Positions 63,466 to 64,000 of a stretch of DNA of 64,000 nucleotides are shown one piece after another. Numbering within the stretch: the stretch's first letter is position 1; each line of letters begins with the position of its first letter. A program made the translations under genes and the position numbers. Below the pieces are notes generated by a model. That model was not told where the DNA came from. It searched no databases and was given only the letters and a program-made list of their open reading frames with translations. This DNA is from Basidiobolus meristosporus CBS 931.73 (Eukaryota; Fungi; Basidiobolomycota), in contig MCFE01000208.1 in the NCBI GenBank assembly GCA_002104905.1, forward strand, positions 1-64,000, read 5' to 3'.

Positions 63466-64000
63466 CACACATGCCACAATTGACATACTTCTATCTCCTC
63501 AACCTTACGGCTTTTTAGTGTGATACTTACAAAGCTGCCATATACCTTGTACTGCTGGTAACATATATATCTTTAAAACAAATGCTTGGTTGCCACCACT
63601 TCAGCCATCATTACCTTTTTAATATCTGCAAAGAACTTTTCAGTATTTAGCCAATATATTCCTTTTCCCTGCAGGATTCTAGTCCCCCTTATAGGTGTGC
63701 TCTGGCTCTTGTTTGTGTGAACTCTGTATTGAATGGGGTAGAAATTTGCTTGTGACCAAGAGAAATCCAGCATACCTGGGTAGAGTTTTCCTAATGAAAA
63801 TTAGTTGCTTATTGCACCCAACCCAACTTTGCATTGTTTAATTGATTACCCACACATTGGGGTTGCTTAGCTACTTAATGCTATAGCCATACGTGTCTCC
63901 ATGTGCACATCTGTCCTAGGTATTTTCCAACTCTTCATGGCTGTCCTCCATGTGCCAACTCATTACATCCATGAGGGACTAGAAGGTAATATTCTTAATG
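63466..64000. repeat. CpG-depleted degenerate sequence right of the Copia element; probable older repeat or pseudogene, unidentified
   Basis: Two CpG in ~530 bp. A minus-strand frame stays protein-like for over 130 codons but carries several TAG/TAA stops. Confidence 0.35.

Overview
Eukaryotic DNA from an intron-rich fungus: short ~50-70 nt GT-AG introns with CTAAC-type branch points. The gene set and style suggest an early-diverging fungus, possibly Basidiobolus-like; this is an impression, not a database result. The window has three compartments. (1) 1-23.9 kb is accessory and gene-poor after a Gap1/Sar1-type RasGAP gene. It holds a tandem array of four intronless secreted glycine-rich protein genes and three intronless two-finger C2H2 transcription factor paralogs. 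Two of those paralogs lie between a ~0.9 kb, ~99% identical inverted repeat pair (9976-10897 / 17957-18933). (2) 24-58 kb is a mostly gene-dense core: a membrane-anchored PHP phosphoesterase, a Grainyhead/CP2 factor, a fifth secreted Gly/Pro repeat protein, an AKTIP/FTS-like UEV, a divergent intronless alpha-tubulin, an F-box/LRR protein, a GH47 alpha-1,2-mannosidase, ETF-QO, a PPR protein, a MESH1-like HD hydrolase, a TMEM19/DUF92 protein, an ADF-H+PH protein, Asf1 and a membrane spermidine-synthase-like methyltransferase. (3) 58.2-64 kb is strongly CpG-depleted and contains a full-length but inactivated Ty1/Copia LTR retrotransposon with a half-tRNA-iMet primer site. I found no rRNA, tRNA or CRISPR arrays. 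Exon boundaries and all counts were read by eye. Multi-exon CDS coordinates are start codon to stop codon spans.
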